Assembly (NCBI GenBank): GCA_016198705.1
Contig: JACQIA010000046.1
Span: 1 to 57,486, forward strand
DNA: 57,486 nucleotides
Direction of reading: 5' to 3'
From: Candidatus Aenigmatarchaeota archaeon
GTDB lineage: Archaea > Aenigmatarchaeota > Aenigmatarchaeia > CG10238-14 > SCSR01
Every line of letters begins with the position of its first letter. Position 1 is the first letter of the stretch. The notes under the pieces were generated by a model. The model ran no database searches. It had not been told where the DNA came from and saw only the letters and a program-made list of their open reading frames with translations. This document shows positions 25,768-35,231 of the stretch, one piece after another. The translations under genes were made by a program, and so were the position numbers.

Positions 25768-25899
25768 ACCCCGAATTTTTCAATTCGTTCGGGTGCCCCA
25801 GAACACCTATGAGCCTATCACGGGCAATACCTAAATCAGTATAACCCTCGACGAGCACTCCAGGCTGCTATGGACAATCTTTAGGATTTCTATCCCGCT
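25736..25899 (-). tRNA. oversized (164-nt) tRNA-like gene, probably with multiple introns; identity unresolved
   Basis: Perfect 7-bp acceptor AGCGGGA/TCCCGCT (A1:U72), T arm GAAGG-TTCAAAT-CCTTC and D-arm-like AGCA-GCCTGGAG-TGCT. An oligo-T run follows the 3' end. About 90 nt of extra sequence; CTCATA is present but no clean anticodon stem was found. Confidence 0.5.
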
Positions 25900-25957
25900 G
25901 TCTGAAATGCTATTCAATTAATACATAACTTATCCTTTAAAAACCTTATTTTTAAGT

Positions 25958-26359
25958 ATGAGGATTCGTAAAACCGTCCAAGCTGTGATTTTCTCTGTAA
26001 ATGGTGAAAAGAAAATTTTGCTTGTCAAAAAACTGGACCAAAAAAAACCCGAATACCATTGGAGATTGCTCAAGGGAGGCGTAGAAGAGGGGGAGACAGA
26101 GGAACAAGCCTTGAAAAGAGAAATCCAGGAAGAAATAGGATTGAAGGATGTGAAAATTTTAGACAGGATATACAGCTATAGCTATGCTTTTGAAGATACG
26201 AAACAGACTGTTTCGACATATTTGGTTGAAGCCGATCCTAAAGAACCTATAATCCTAGATACCAAGGAAGTTGTTGGATGTGCTTGGATGACTAAAAATG
26301 AAGCATTAGGTCTCTTGTACTGGCTGCATGAAAAGAATGCTGTCAAACTTTTGAAATAA
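25958..26359 (+). CDS. NUDIX hydrolase
   Basis: Nudix box GGVEEGETEEQALKREIQEEIGL. Confidence 0.85.
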   Translation: MRIRKTVQAVIFSVNGEKKILLVKKLDQKKPEYHWRLLKGGVEEGETEEQALKREIQEEIGLKDVKILDRIYSYSYAFEDTKQTVSTYLVEADPKEPIILDTKEVVGCAWMTKNEALGLLYWLHEKNAVKLLK

Positions 26360-27377
26360 TTCTTACACTACCATGCAATTTTCTTTTGTTTATTTTTACC
26401 AAGTTTACCTCAGCCAAATGGTTGATATACTCTCTGAATAATCTGTCACTAACAGGGTCTTTTACCAATCTACAATATTCCTTATATAATTCGCCTGATT
26501 GCTGTTTTTTGCCACCATTTAGAATTTCCAAAATAATTTTTTCCCCATCATTAATTTTCTCCTTCAATATCTCTGGCTTGACTTCTTTAACTTCTTTCAG
26601 AACTTTCCTCATATGCTCAACTTCAAGCTTGTTTGAATTCTCCTGCTCTGCAACTCTACCTGCTTTAAGCAGGCATTGCAAACCTATCCTAACGTCACCG
26701 CCTTTTTGTACGGCTTGATTTGCTGCCAACAACACAACACCGTCCTCTACTGAAATGATACTATGCTTAACTCTTTCTTGTAAAACATCTTTCATTTCCA
26801 TCAAGGTGTATGGCTTAAATTCAACCTCATCCATCGCCAAACTGCTTCTTATCCTTGGCTCAGCATCGGCAAATACAAATTGATTGTTAGATATTGCTAC
26901 CAAACCCAAAGGAATATCTACATCCAGCCTCAATAAATCATAGAGTGCCTCTTGCTCCAGCTGATCTATTTCATCCAAACAAATTATCAAGCCTTTGTTC
27001 AATTTATTCAAAACTTCTTTAAGCCGATTAAAGATTTCATCCTTCCCCCATCCGCGCCTCTGTATAGGATAACCCAAATCGATTACAATCTTTGACAATA
27101 CAGCTGTTGCTGTCTTATAGTCCCAGCAATTTACATAGACAGTTTTAGCACCAGAGGAATTTTCGAATTCTCGGAAGATGTACTTTACAGATGCGGTTTT
27201 TCCAATACCGGGAGAACCGAATAAAAATGTGTTTTGTGGCTGTCTACCTTTGCTTGCCGGCAATATGTTGTTAGCTATCTGCTTGATTTGATTTTCTCTA
27301 TGCGGAAGCAATTCTGGCAGATAATCGTGTGATAGCATTTCTTCGTTTTTGAAGATTCTTGATTCGCTGTAAAACAT
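26343..27377 (-). CDS. cdc6: Orc1/Cdc6 replication initiator
   Basis: Walker A GSPGIGKT, Walker B CLDEID and a C-terminal winged helix. Length 344 aa. Confidence 0.9.
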   Translation of the reverse strand: MFYSESRIFKNEEMLSHDYLPELLPHRENQIKQIANNILPASKGRQPQNTFLFGSPGIGKTASVKYIFREFENSSGAKTVYVNCWDYKTATAVLSKIVIDLGYPIQRRGWGKDEIFNRLKEVLNKLNKGLIICLDEIDQLEQEALYDLLRLDVDIPLGLVAISNNQFVFADAEPRIRSSLAMDEVEFKPYTLMEMKDVLQERVKHSIISVEDGVVLLAANQAVQKGGDVRIGLQCLLKAGRVAEQENSNKLEVEHMRKVLKEVKEVKPEILKEKINDGEKIILEILNGGKKQQSGELYKEYCRLVKDPVSDRLFREYINHLAEVNLVKINKRKLHGSVRIISKV

Positions 27378-27383
27378 TCTAAT

Positions 27384-29000
27384 CTATTGTATAGTTGCAC
27401 TTAATTTTTTAATAATTTCATTTTTCCCTGCCTGAAGTATGTAATGGCCCAGCCTTGGCCCCCTTTCGGAATTCAATAATATCATGTAAATTGTTTGGAA
27501 AAACTTTTTCGGTTTAATGCCGAATTTGTTTGATACATCGAATATTCTTTTCTGCAGTATATCCGCATCATTTTCGGTTTTTATTGCACCAATAAGTTCT
27601 ATAATAGCAGATTTTTCTCCGTCCGATAAGGCAACTTCCAAGACCTCCTTTTTCTCAAAATCCCTGGTCCAATTTTTGGCAAATTCCAGAAGTTTTCCAA
27701 CTTCTTTTTCTATAACTTTGCTAGTTTTCTTCAAATGCCCGAATTCCTTCAATTTTTCAATAGCAAACCCAACTTGATCTTTCTCAGGCAATATCTTTGC
27801 AATTTCAACCATAACAGCATACGGTATTGCAACGGACTTCTTTGGTGGCTTGAGGAAATAGACATATTCGAACAATCTTTTCCTGTTATCCAAATCTTTT
27901 TTGTCGTCTATTTTCTCCAATCCAAAATAAATTTTTGACAACTTTGCTAATTCGTCAAAATATTTGGGTATGTCAGTTACATCCAACTCCCTGGTTCCTT
28001 CAAATCTCTTGAGCATCAGCAATATACAACTCTGAGTATTGCCGTAATTGAACCAAACTTGGGGTGTGAAGACATTGCCGTAGGATTTTGAGATCTTCTT
28101 CCCGCTTTTATCCAAAAACATTTCGTACATCACATGCGTTGGGGGCTCGAAATCCAAAATTTCTCTGCAAATAGCATCGTTGATTAAAACAGAGTCTTTT
28201 ATGTCTTTTCCATAGGGTTCAAAAAGTATTTTTAATGATTTCCATCTTGCTGCAAATTCTGGCTTCCAACTAAGCTTACCGTTGCCTTTGAAATAGGAGG
28301 CTTCGCCTTTATGCCCGCATCCTTTAATAACAATTTTTTTGTCATCATTCAGATTCTTGCCTTGGAATTCCTGGTCGCAAACATACAAGACCTTATGTTC
28401 GTCTTCAATCATTTTGTATGCTCGTGTTGTGTATATTTTTCCGCATTTTTCACACACAGGGAAATAAGGCAGCGTTTCGATGAATTTCTCCTGTCCAGTC
28501 AGGTTTTTCACTATCTGCCCGACTTTTTCAGACTTCAATAGAATAGTTTCGATTGCTTCGTCTAACACGCCTTTTCTATAATTTTCTGCGGCTGATTGGA
28601 AGGTGTAGTCAATACCAGCCTTTTCGATAGCATCAATTAAAAGGGAACTCATGTGCTCGCCATAACTATCATGGCATTTGAATGGATCGGGTATGTAAGC
28701 AACCGGGACGCCAATGAATTTTTCCAAAGTATCAGGCAACGTTAACGGAACTTTCCTGAGCCCGTCAAAGTCATCGGAATAGGCAATATATTCGGATTTT
28801 ACTCCTGCGTCTTTTAGAGCGAGAGAAACGCTATAGCTCCTTACGACATCGCCAAAACTGCCTATATGCGGGAAACCACTAGCCCCTAGACCAGATTCTG
28901 TTCGAAAAACTTTATTTCCCCTTCTTAGCTTCTTTTCCTTATCGATGACATCTTTAGCCAATTTATCTGTCCAATAAACCCATTCTTTTTTGGCTTGCAT
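27384..29000 (-). CDS. lysK: class I lysyl-tRNA synthetase
   Basis: PHIGSFGD (HIGH-like) and KISKS (KMSKS-like) motifs. The track start at 29009 is TTG, so the ATG at 29000 (MQAKKEW) is preferred. Confidence 0.9.
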   Translation of the reverse strand: MQAKKEWVYWTDKLAKDVIDKEKKLRRGNKVFRTESGLGASGFPHIGSFGDVVRSYSVSLALKDAGVKSEYIAYSDDFDGLRKVPLTLPDTLEKFIGVPVAYIPDPFKCHDSYGEHMSSLLIDAIEKAGIDYTFQSAAENYRKGVLDEAIETILLKSEKVGQIVKNLTGQEKFIETLPYFPVCEKCGKIYTTRAYKMIEDEHKVLYVCDQEFQGKNLNDDKKIVIKGCGHKGEASYFKGNGKLSWKPEFAARWKSLKILFEPYGKDIKDSVLINDAICREILDFEPPTHVMYEMFLDKSGKKISKSYGNVFTPQVWFNYGNTQSCILLMLKRFEGTRELDVTDIPKYFDELAKLSKIYFGLEKIDDKKDLDNRKRLFEYVYFLKPPKKSVAIPYAVMVEIAKILPEKDQVGFAIEKLKEFGHLKKTSKVIEKEVGKLLEFAKNWTRDFEKKEVLEVALSDGEKSAIIELIGAIKTENDADILQKRIFDVSNKFGIKPKKFFQTIYMILLNSERGPRLGHYILQAGKNEIIKKLSATIQ

Positions 29001-29032
29001 ATTTATCAATATTCTTTAAGCAGATATTATGT

Positions 29033-29641
29033 ATGAAAATAGTTAAAGTAAATCCCGACATACTGGAAGAAAAAGTTATTGAAAAAGCCGGAGAAATTCT
29101 AGAAGCGGGCGGTGTGGTTGCATATCCTACAGAAACCTTGTATGGCTTGGGGGCGAATGTTTTTGATGTTAATGCTGTTGAAAGGGTGTTTGAGATTAAA
29201 GGCAGGGATTTACAAAAGCCATCATCGATTGCTTTCAGAGATTTGGATCAGGCAAAGAGGTTTTTAGAATTCACGCCAAAAGCAGAGAAATTGGCAAAGA
29301 AGTTTTTACCTGGTCCTCTTACGATTATTCTTAATTCGAAAGTTGAATTTCATGAATTTTTAGGAGGGAACAAAGTCAGTGCTAGAATACCAGACCATGC
29401 AGTTGCTCAAGCGCTGCTTAATAAAATAAAATTTCCAATAACTGCAACATCGGCAAATTTATCTGGAGGTAAAGAACCTGTTGAAGTTAAAGATGTACTA
29501 GAGCAAATTGGGGATACAGTTGATTTGATTCTTGATGCAGGTAAATGTAAATATGGTAAACCGTCAACAGTTGTTGATATTACTATTAATGAAATAAAAG
29601 TTATTAGAGAAGGGATAATAAAGAAGGAAGAACTTATTTAG
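29033..29641 (+). CDS. tsaC: L-threonylcarbamoyladenylate synthase (YrdC/Sua5/TsaC domain)
   Basis: YPTETLYGLGANVFD and TSANLSG motifs. Confidence 0.85.
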   Translation: MKIVKVNPDILEEKVIEKAGEILEAGGVVAYPTETLYGLGANVFDVNAVERVFEIKGRDLQKPSSIAFRDLDQAKRFLEFTPKAEKLAKKFLPGPLTIILNSKVEFHEFLGGNKVSARIPDHAVAQALLNKIKFPITATSANLSGGKEPVEVKDVLEQIGDTVDLILDAGKCKYGKPSTVVDITINEIKVIREGIIKKEELI

Positions 29642-29978
29642 ATTTGGATTTTTGTTTTCCTGGTATAGGTTTTTCTTTTATCTCTTCGTGTTTACATTTA
29701 TTGCACTTGTAAGATGTCAACAGAGTTCCGTCATAAGCTTTTGCAAAAGAGTTTTTACCGCATTCTGGACATTTTTCTAACACAGATGCACTAGCTTTAA
29801 CATTTGTGGACAACATCTTCAAAATTTCTATTGCCATTACTGTGGTAATTGTAGAGGCACCTGCTGCGATAGCAATTAAAGTTATTTGCAAGGCGGATAC
29901 AATGTTAGAGTCCAATTGTGCTAAAGCAATATTTGGTAACAGAAAAAAGGTTAGTAAGGAAAATTGCAGTAGCCTCAT
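29634..29978 (-). CDS. membrane protein with C-terminal zinc ribbon
   Basis: Signal/TM segments followed by CPEC...CNKC and a Lys-rich tail. Confidence 0.45.
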   Translation of the reverse strand: MRLLQFSLLTFFLLPNIALAQLDSNIVSALQITLIAIAAGASTITTVMAIEILKMLSTNVKASASVLEKCPECGKNSFAKAYDGTLLTSYKCNKCKHEEIKEKPIPGKQKSKSK

Positions 29979-30011
29979 AAATAATGGTAGTTTTCTTGCC
30001 TAAAAAGGCTG

Positions 30012-30428
30012 TTAATACCTATTAATTGTAATTTTCAATTTGCCATTTCTGTATGTAAGAGCTTGCATTCCAAAGGTTTTTGGAGGAAACAGTAAAGTAC
30101 TTCCAAATATTAAGGCTGATATTTGATCTGGCTCACCAGACAGAGTTGTTTGTTCCCTATACATACCTATTCTAGTTGAATTTTGAAAATCCACGCTTCT
30201 TATGTGTCCTATCCATTCTCCAAGAATATACTTATCATAAGAATGAGCTTCTTCCCTTCGTTCAATCCGTGTAAGCAAATCGGCTATAAAAGTCCATGGT
30301 CTCCACTTAGGAAAATATGTGTCACCGTCTGGGTGTTTATAATTAATTAACCAGATACTCATAAACTCGCAAACAAGATACAGCTCAGATAAACATTTAA
30401 AACTTTCATTTGTAAAAAAATGGGCCAT
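30012..30428 (-). CDS. hypothetical protein
   Basis: 138-aa ORF. Its first ATG lies inside the tRNA 3' acceptor strand, so the true start may be the internal Met at 30362. Confidence 0.35.
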   Translation of the reverse strand: MAHFFTNESFKCLSELYLVCEFMSIWLINYKHPDGDTYFPKWRPWTFIADLLTRIERREEAHSYDKYILGEWIGHIRSVDFQNSTRIGMYREQTTLSGEPDQISALIFGSTLLFPPKTFGMQALTYRNGKLKITINRY

Positions 30429-30553
30429 ACCGGATTTGAACCGGTGACCTTTATCGAGTTGTTTAACTTATCGATGTCTCAGCTTAGCTGACATATAAGT
30501 CGATTTTTAGCACTCAATTAAGAGTTGCTCTAACCTGACTAAGCTAATGGCCC
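30421..30553 (-). tRNA. oversized (133-nt) intron-containing tRNA gene; tentative anticodon UAU (Ile)
   Basis: Acceptor GGGCCAT/ATGGCCC, D arm GCTT-AGTCAGGTTA-GAGC and T arm ACCGG-TTCAAAT-CCGGT. Candidate anticodon arm ATCGA-CTTATA[18-nt intron]A-TCGAT with a CTTA/TGAG central helix and 3-nt bulges. A further ~40 nt is unexplained. Confidence 0.65.
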
Positions 30554-30574
30554 TTGTGTATACCTACATACACC

Positions 30575-30582
30575 ATTTATAT
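30575..30582 (+). promoter_or_regulatory. TATA box (ATTTATAT) 26-33 nt upstream of the ATG at 30608
   Basis: Sequence and spacing. Supports the trimmed start of the next CDS. Confidence 0.4.
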
Positions 30583-30607
30583 CCTTAATACTTTCCTATT
30601 ATTTATT

Positions 30608-31504
30608 ATGTTCGATAAAGCTTTTTTGTTGAATAAATTAGTTAATACTTTGCATAAAGGTGAGTTTGAAGTTTTTGTTACTAGAGGCTGTTTTGACATA
30701 GCTGCTAGAAGAGAGCATTTGCTACTGATAAAGACGCTATTGAATGTCGACGGGTTAAATCAAGAGCATGCTTCAAGTTTGCGCGCCATCTCCTATTTTA
30801 TTTCCGCCTATCCGTTTGTAATCTCAACGAAGAACAACAGAGAACTGCTAGATGATGACACAGTCTATTCAAGATTCGACTTGCCAGTCTTGACACCCAA
30901 ATCATTCGAAGAAATGATAACAGAAGACGAGATGATTATTACTCAATCTTCAAAAGGCAGGCATACTCAAGATATCAACACATTCGCTTTGCAAGAAAGA
31001 AGGATAGAATTAACTTATACGTTGGAGCAATTGGCTGACGAGATAGGCATTTCTAAAAAAGCATTGTATGAAATAGAGCATAAAAGAGTGAATCCGTCTA
31101 AGAAAACTGTGAAAAAACTTGAATCGATGCTGTCAATAAAGCTAAGCATACCGTATGAAATGAAGCATGCAGAGCCGTCCTATCTAAAACCTAAAGACGA
31201 ATTTCAAAACAACGTCAGCAAGGAATTTTCCAGAATAGGCATAGACAACAGTTCTGTATATTCGGCTCCTTTTGAAATTGTAGGCAGGGAGAAATTCTCG
31301 CTTATCACTGCCCTTTCCAGAGACAACAAAACCCTGAGGAGAGAATCTGTATTGATGAGGGGATTGGCTAATGCACTGAATTCAAGAGCTGTGTTTGTGG
31401 CTAAGAAAACAGAAGAAAAACATGTAGAAGGTATTCCGATAGTTCTGGAATCAGAGTTGACTAATATAGAATCGCCAAGACATTTATCAGAAATTATGGA
31501 ATAG
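30608..31504 (+). CDS. archaeal transcriptional regulator with central XRE-type HTH (COG1395-like)
   Basis: LQERRIELTYTLEQLADEIGISKKALYEIEHKRVNPSKKTVKKLE is an XRE HTH. The track start at 30554 abuts the tRNA, so it was trimmed to MFDKAFLL. Confidence 0.6.
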   Translation: MFDKAFLLNKLVNTLHKGEFEVFVTRGCFDIAARREHLLLIKTLLNVDGLNQEHASSLRAISYFISAYPFVISTKNNRELLDDDTVYSRFDLPVLTPKSFEEMITEDEMIITQSSKGRHTQDINTFALQERRIELTYTLEQLADEIGISKKALYEIEHKRVNPSKKTVKKLESMLSIKLSIPYEMKHAEPSYLKPKDEFQNNVSKEFSRIGIDNSSVYSAPFEIVGREKFSLITALSRDNKTLRRESVLMRGLANALNSRAVFVAKKTEEKHVEGIPIVLESELTNIESPRHLSEIME

Positions 31505-31518
31505 GAAATTAATTTTAC

Positions 31519-31779
31519 TTATTTTAACTGTCTTCTATAGATTATAGTCCTAGCATTTTCTTTCTCTAGCAAATATAATACAACTGAATCATTTTCTTCT
31601 TGACCGGTTGTTGCTCTATTGTAGAAACCAGCAGCAATTATAGGCTCCTTTCCCTCATAAATTCTACGAAAGTTATATCCATGAAAAACTACAACACGAT
31701 ACAAATATGGATTTCCAATCTGTAAATCTGGAACTGAAACTTGTTCCTTGATGACATCTTCAGGTTTTTGAGATCCCAT
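31519..31779 (-). CDS. hypothetical small protein
   Basis: 86-aa ORF with no motif. Confidence 0.35.
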   Translation of the reverse strand: MGSQKPEDVIKEQVSVPDLQIGNPYLYRVVVFHGYNFRRIYEGKEPIIAAGFYNRATTGQEENDSVVLYLLEKENARTIIYRRQLK

Positions 31780-31911
31780 TCTAACTTTTTAAGTGATGTA
31801 AATTTAAATAGACTCAAATTTAACACCACATTTAGGATTTTTTAAATCAACAGAACCCAAGAAGCGTAAACTATTTAAGTGTGTATGTAAGTATACTTCT
31901 AATAGATTTTC

Positions 31912-33573
31912 ATGGCACAAGCAATGGTAGGACAACTAGGCGGACAGCCTATATTAATTCTGCCTGAAGGTACATTACGCTCTACAGGTAAAGACGCCCA
32001 AAGGACCAACATAGCTGCTGCAAAAGCTGTAGCAGAATCTGTAAGAAGTGTTCTCGGCCCTAAGGGTATGGATAAGATGCTTGTAGATTCCATCGGAGAT
32101 ATAGTCATCACTAACGACGGTGTCACAATTTTAGAGGAAATGGAGATAGAGCACCCAGCTGCTAAGATGATGGTTGAGGTAGCCAAGACACAAAACGAAG
32201 AAGTTGGCGACGGCACTACTACATCTGTAATTATTTCCGGTGAATTGCTTAAAAAAGCAGAAGAGCTGTTGGATCAAGAAATACACCCAACAGTTATTGC
32301 CAAAGGCTACAAGCTTGCGATGGAGGAAGCTTTGAAAATTCTTGACGAAATCAGCAAGCCTATTTCATTAAACGACACTGATAATTTGGAAAAAATCGCG
32401 ATCACATCCTTATCAGGAAAATCCGTTGAAAGGGGTTCGCCAAAATTGGCAAAATTAATTGTCGCTGCTGTCAAAACAGTGGCTGAAGAAAAGGATGGCA
32501 AAATAGAAGTTGATACTGACAACATCAAAAGAGAGAAGAAACAGGGGGGCAGTGCTGACGATACAGAATTGGTAAGAGGAATTGTTATTGATAAAGAAGT
32601 CGTTCATCTTGCGATGCCTAAAGTAGTGAAAGATGCCAAGATTGCTTTGGTTGATGCTGCTTTGGAAGTTAAGGAAACTGAAACCGACGCAGAGATAAGA
32701 ATCACATCGCCTGACCAAATGCAGGCATTCATAGAACAGGAACAGAAGATGCTTAAGGAAATGGTTGACAAGGTTGTCAATTCTGGTGCTAATGTATTGA
32801 TATGCCAAAAGGGGATTGACGACGTAGCTCAACATTATTTGGCTAAAAAGAAAATTTTGGCATGCAGAAGGGCAAAGAAATCTGACATGGAAGCCTTGGC
32901 TAAAGCAACAGGAGGCAGGATTGTTACTAATCTCGACGATTTATCATCTGAAGATTTGGGTTATTCAAAGATTGTGGAAGAGAAGAAGGTGGCTGGAGAA
33001 TCAATGACATTTATCAGAGACTGCAAAGATCCAAAGGCTGTTACGATGTTAGTAAGAGGCTCGACAGAGCATGTTGTTGATGAAGTTGATAGAAGCGTTG
33101 AAGACGCAGTTGGCGCTGTTGCATCAGCAGTTGAAGTAGGTAAAATTGTTGCTGGAGCCGGCGCTCCTGAAGCTGAAGTAGCAAAGAGATTAAGAAAGTT
33201 TGCAGAAGGATTTTCAGGGAGAGAACAATTGGCAGTCAAAGCCTTTGCAGATGCAATGGAAGTCGTTCCAAGAACTTTAGCAGAAAATTCTGGTTTAGAC
33301 CCGATAGACATACTTGTAGAATTGCGTGCAGCCCATGAACAAGGAAAAATAACATACGGTGTTGGTGTTTTTAACGGTTCAATTGTAGATGCGCTCAGTT
33401 CTGGTGTTATAGAACCATTGAAAGTAAAAACTCAGGCAATAAAATCTGCTTCTGAGGCTGCTGAAATGATTTTAAGAATAGACGATGTTATTTCTGCAAG
33501 TAAACTAGGAAGGGGCGGTATGCCAATGCCTCCGGGCGGCATGCCGGGCGGGGATATGGGAGAAATGGAGTAA
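31912..33573 (+). CDS. ths: thermosome subunit (group II chaperonin)
   Basis: GDGTTT motif in [13 protein letters not shown], full length of 553 aa, and a GGM-type C-terminal tail. Confidence 0.95.
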   Translation: MAQAMVGQLGGQPILILPEGTLRSTGKDAQRTNIAAAKAVAESVRSVLGPKGMDKMLVDSIGDIVITNDGVTILEEMEIEHPAAKMMVEVAKTQNEEVGDGTTTSVIISGELLKKAEELLDQEIHPTVIAKGYKLAMEEALKILDEISKPISLNDTDNLEKIAITSLSGKSVERGSPKLAKLIVAAVKTVAEEKDGKIEVDTDNIKREKKQGGSADDTELVRGIVIDKEVVHLAMPKVVKDAKIALVDAALEVKETETDAEIRITSPDQMQAFIEQEQKMLKEMVDKVVNSGANVLICQKGIDDVAQHYLAKKKILACRRAKKSDMEALAKATGGRIVTNLDDLSSEDLGYSKIVEEKKVAGESMTFIRDCKDPKAVTMLVRGSTEHVVDEVDRSVEDAVGAVASAVEVGKIVAGAGAPEAEVAKRLRKFAEGFSGREQLAVKAFADAMEVVPRTLAENSGLDPIDILVELRAAHEQGKITYGVGVFNGSIVDALSSGVIEPLKVKTQAIKSASEAAEMILRIDDVISASKLGRGGMPMPPGGMPGGDMGEME

Positions 33574-34008
33574 CTACATCCATTTAGTTAAATTCTTGCT
33601 CAAAAATTTATTTGCTTTCACCAAAACCTTCTTAGAATTCTCCTTCAAACGCTTTAATGCAGTATCATAACCAACCCACTCGTATCCTGTATGCTCATGC
33701 GAAATTTTAACATCCTTCTCATTGGTCTCGGCTAGATAAAATACCACCTCTTTGAAAACGGTCTCTCCGTTCTTCCTGTAGAAGTAGCTGACCTTTTCTT
33801 TGAAATCAGGAAATATTTTAACACCGTCAATCGCAGTTTCCTCCTTTATCTCTCTTAACACAGTATCCTCTTCATCTTCACCAGTTTCTATCTTGCCTTT
33901 AGGGAAATCCCAATAATCTGTCTTGAAGTGGTAGTGTAAAAGCAGATATGAAATTTTTTTCCCTTCTTTTCTGAAGATAACTGCTCCTGCAGATATTTCT
34001 CTAACCAT
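33574..34008 (-). CDS. NUDIX hydrolase
   Basis: Nudix box GKIETGEDEEDTVLREIKEETAI. Confidence 0.85.
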   Translation of the reverse strand: MVREISAGAVIFRKEGKKISYLLLHYHFKTDYWDFPKGKIETGEDEEDTVLREIKEETAIDGVKIFPDFKEKVSYFYRKNGETVFKEVVFYLAETNEKDVKISHEHTGYEWVGYDTALKRLKENSKKVLVKANKFLSKNLTKWM

Positions 34009-34016
34009 TAGTTAAC

Positions 34017-34026
34017 CTTTATTTAT
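34017..34026 (+). promoter_or_regulatory. TATA-like element (CTTTATTTAT) about 25 nt upstream of the ATG at 34047
   Basis: Sequence and spacing, at the head of a co-directional gene string. Confidence 0.35.
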
Positions 34027-34046
34027 CTGATTAATAAATAATTTAT

Positions 34047-34535
34047 ATGGCCAAAGGTGCTGTTATGGAAAAGGATTCTGGCGAATTTGAGCTAATTCCT
34101 GTATCTCCTCTAAGAAAACTTGAGAAGAGGATAGATGAATTGGAAGTGTCCAAAGGCGGTAATATGCAGGAGTTCTACAGGGATATGGTTGACATCGTAA
34201 AGATGAACCAGCAACTTGTGGATGAATTGGCCAAAGCAAATGATGCTTTAAGGATAGAAATATCCAGATTGCCTTCCAGAATGGAAGATTTAATCGCAAG
34301 GATGGACGAAATAATATCTTTTATCAAAGCCTCGGCTACAGAGGAAATGGCTCCTACAGCTGGCGATATGAAGCCTCTTGGAGACAAGCTGGACCAGCTT
34401 ATAGAAACGAACAAAAGAGTAGCAGAAAGCAATCAATCGGTATTACAGCTTCTTGATAACATAGGCAAGAAATTATCCAGGCCTGTGCTTCCACCAGTGA
34501 AGAGGCCATTTTTATTACAACCAAAACCTATGTAG
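34047..34535 (+). CDS. coiled-coil protein, first gene of the pilus-like locus
   Basis: 162 aa with heptad-like Glu/Lys/Leu-rich segments. No TM segment. Confidence 0.45.
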   Translation: MAKGAVMEKDSGEFELIPVSPLRKLEKRIDELEVSKGGNMQEFYRDMVDIVKMNQQLVDELAKANDALRIEISRLPSRMEDLIARMDEIISFIKASATEEMAPTAGDMKPLGDKLDQLIETNKRVAESNQSVLQLLDNIGKKLSRPVLPPVKRPFLLQPKPM

Positions 34536-34541
34536 TTATTT

Positions 34542-35231
34542 ATGAAATTTTCTAAAGGCGCAGTAGATATAATAACATCACTATTGGTTGTTACCATTGC
34601 ACTAGGATTGGCTGTTACAGCTTATACGTGGGGGTTGCCATTAATACAGAAACGCCAAGACACAGCTGTGGTAGAGAGAATTTCAAGCTACTTCGACCAA
34701 AACAGTGCTAATTCTCTTCCAAGCAAAATAGAATTTATAGCAAATAACGGCGGTGAGCAAACATTTACTATTGATGCCACCGGCGGTTGGCTTCTTTACA
34801 CATGCACCCAAAATGAGCTAGCTTCTTGCAATCCAGACCCAACTGTCGACATTACTAAAGAAAACAATTCCCTGCAGTTCACCTTCTTCGCAAAAGCATC
34901 AAATATTGCAGTGCAAAGCGGTTTTATATCATTAACGCCTGGCGCTAGTTGTCCGCCTTCAGCAGGAGTTTTTGGAAAGGATAAATCTTCTGTAGTTTGC
35001 GCTAAAGCAAATGCGACTCACGATGGATTTGAGATAACTTATAGAATTTGGTTTAGGGAAGTGATTGAACCGAGTGGGACGAGAGGATATAAAATAGATT
35101 TGAACAAGCACGAATCGAGTGTGTATCAGAGTACTGGAAAAACTGTTAGAATATCGAGGCAAGCTATTAATCAAGTGACTGTAGGCAGTAAAACCTTAAT
35201 TATTCCGGAAATAAAAATTCTTTTAGAATGA
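34542..35231 (+). CDS. type IV pilin-like protein (class III signal peptide)
   Basis: MKFSKG|AVDIITSLLVVTIALGLAVTAYTW: a short basic leader, a KG cleavage motif and a hydrophobic helix. Confidence 0.6.
   Translation: MKFSKGAVDIITSLLVVTIALGLAVTAYTWGLPLIQKRQDTAVVERISSYFDQNSANSLPSKIEFIANNGGEQTFTIDATGGWLLYTCTQNELASCNPDPTVDITKENNSLQFTFFAKASNIAVQSGFISLTPGASCPPSAGVFGKDKSSVVCAKANATHDGFEITYRIWFREVIEPSGTRGYKIDLNKHESSVYQSTGKTVRISRQAINQVTVGSKTLIIPEIKILLE

Noticed and set aside
25768-27383. Replication origin (ORB / mini-ORB repeats) next to cdc6
   Set aside because: cdc6 is packed 6 nt after lysK and overlaps the NUDIX gene at its 3' end. I could find no repeated ORB-like elements or long AT-rich unwinding region adjacent to it. 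An origin elsewhere cannot be excluded.
30554-30607. N-terminal extension (MCIPTYTIYILNTFLLFI) of track ORF 30554..31504
   Set aside because: It starts immediately at the tRNA 5' end and covers the TATA-like box. The ATG at 30608 is a better start.
31899-33311. Several 70-126-aa ORFs overlapping the thermosome gene on either strand (31899..32216, 32307..32528, 32455..32835, 32961..33311)
   Set aside because: They are embedded in a gene with unmistakable group II chaperonin motifs. Their low-complexity Ser/Ala/Leu composition is typical of shadow frames.
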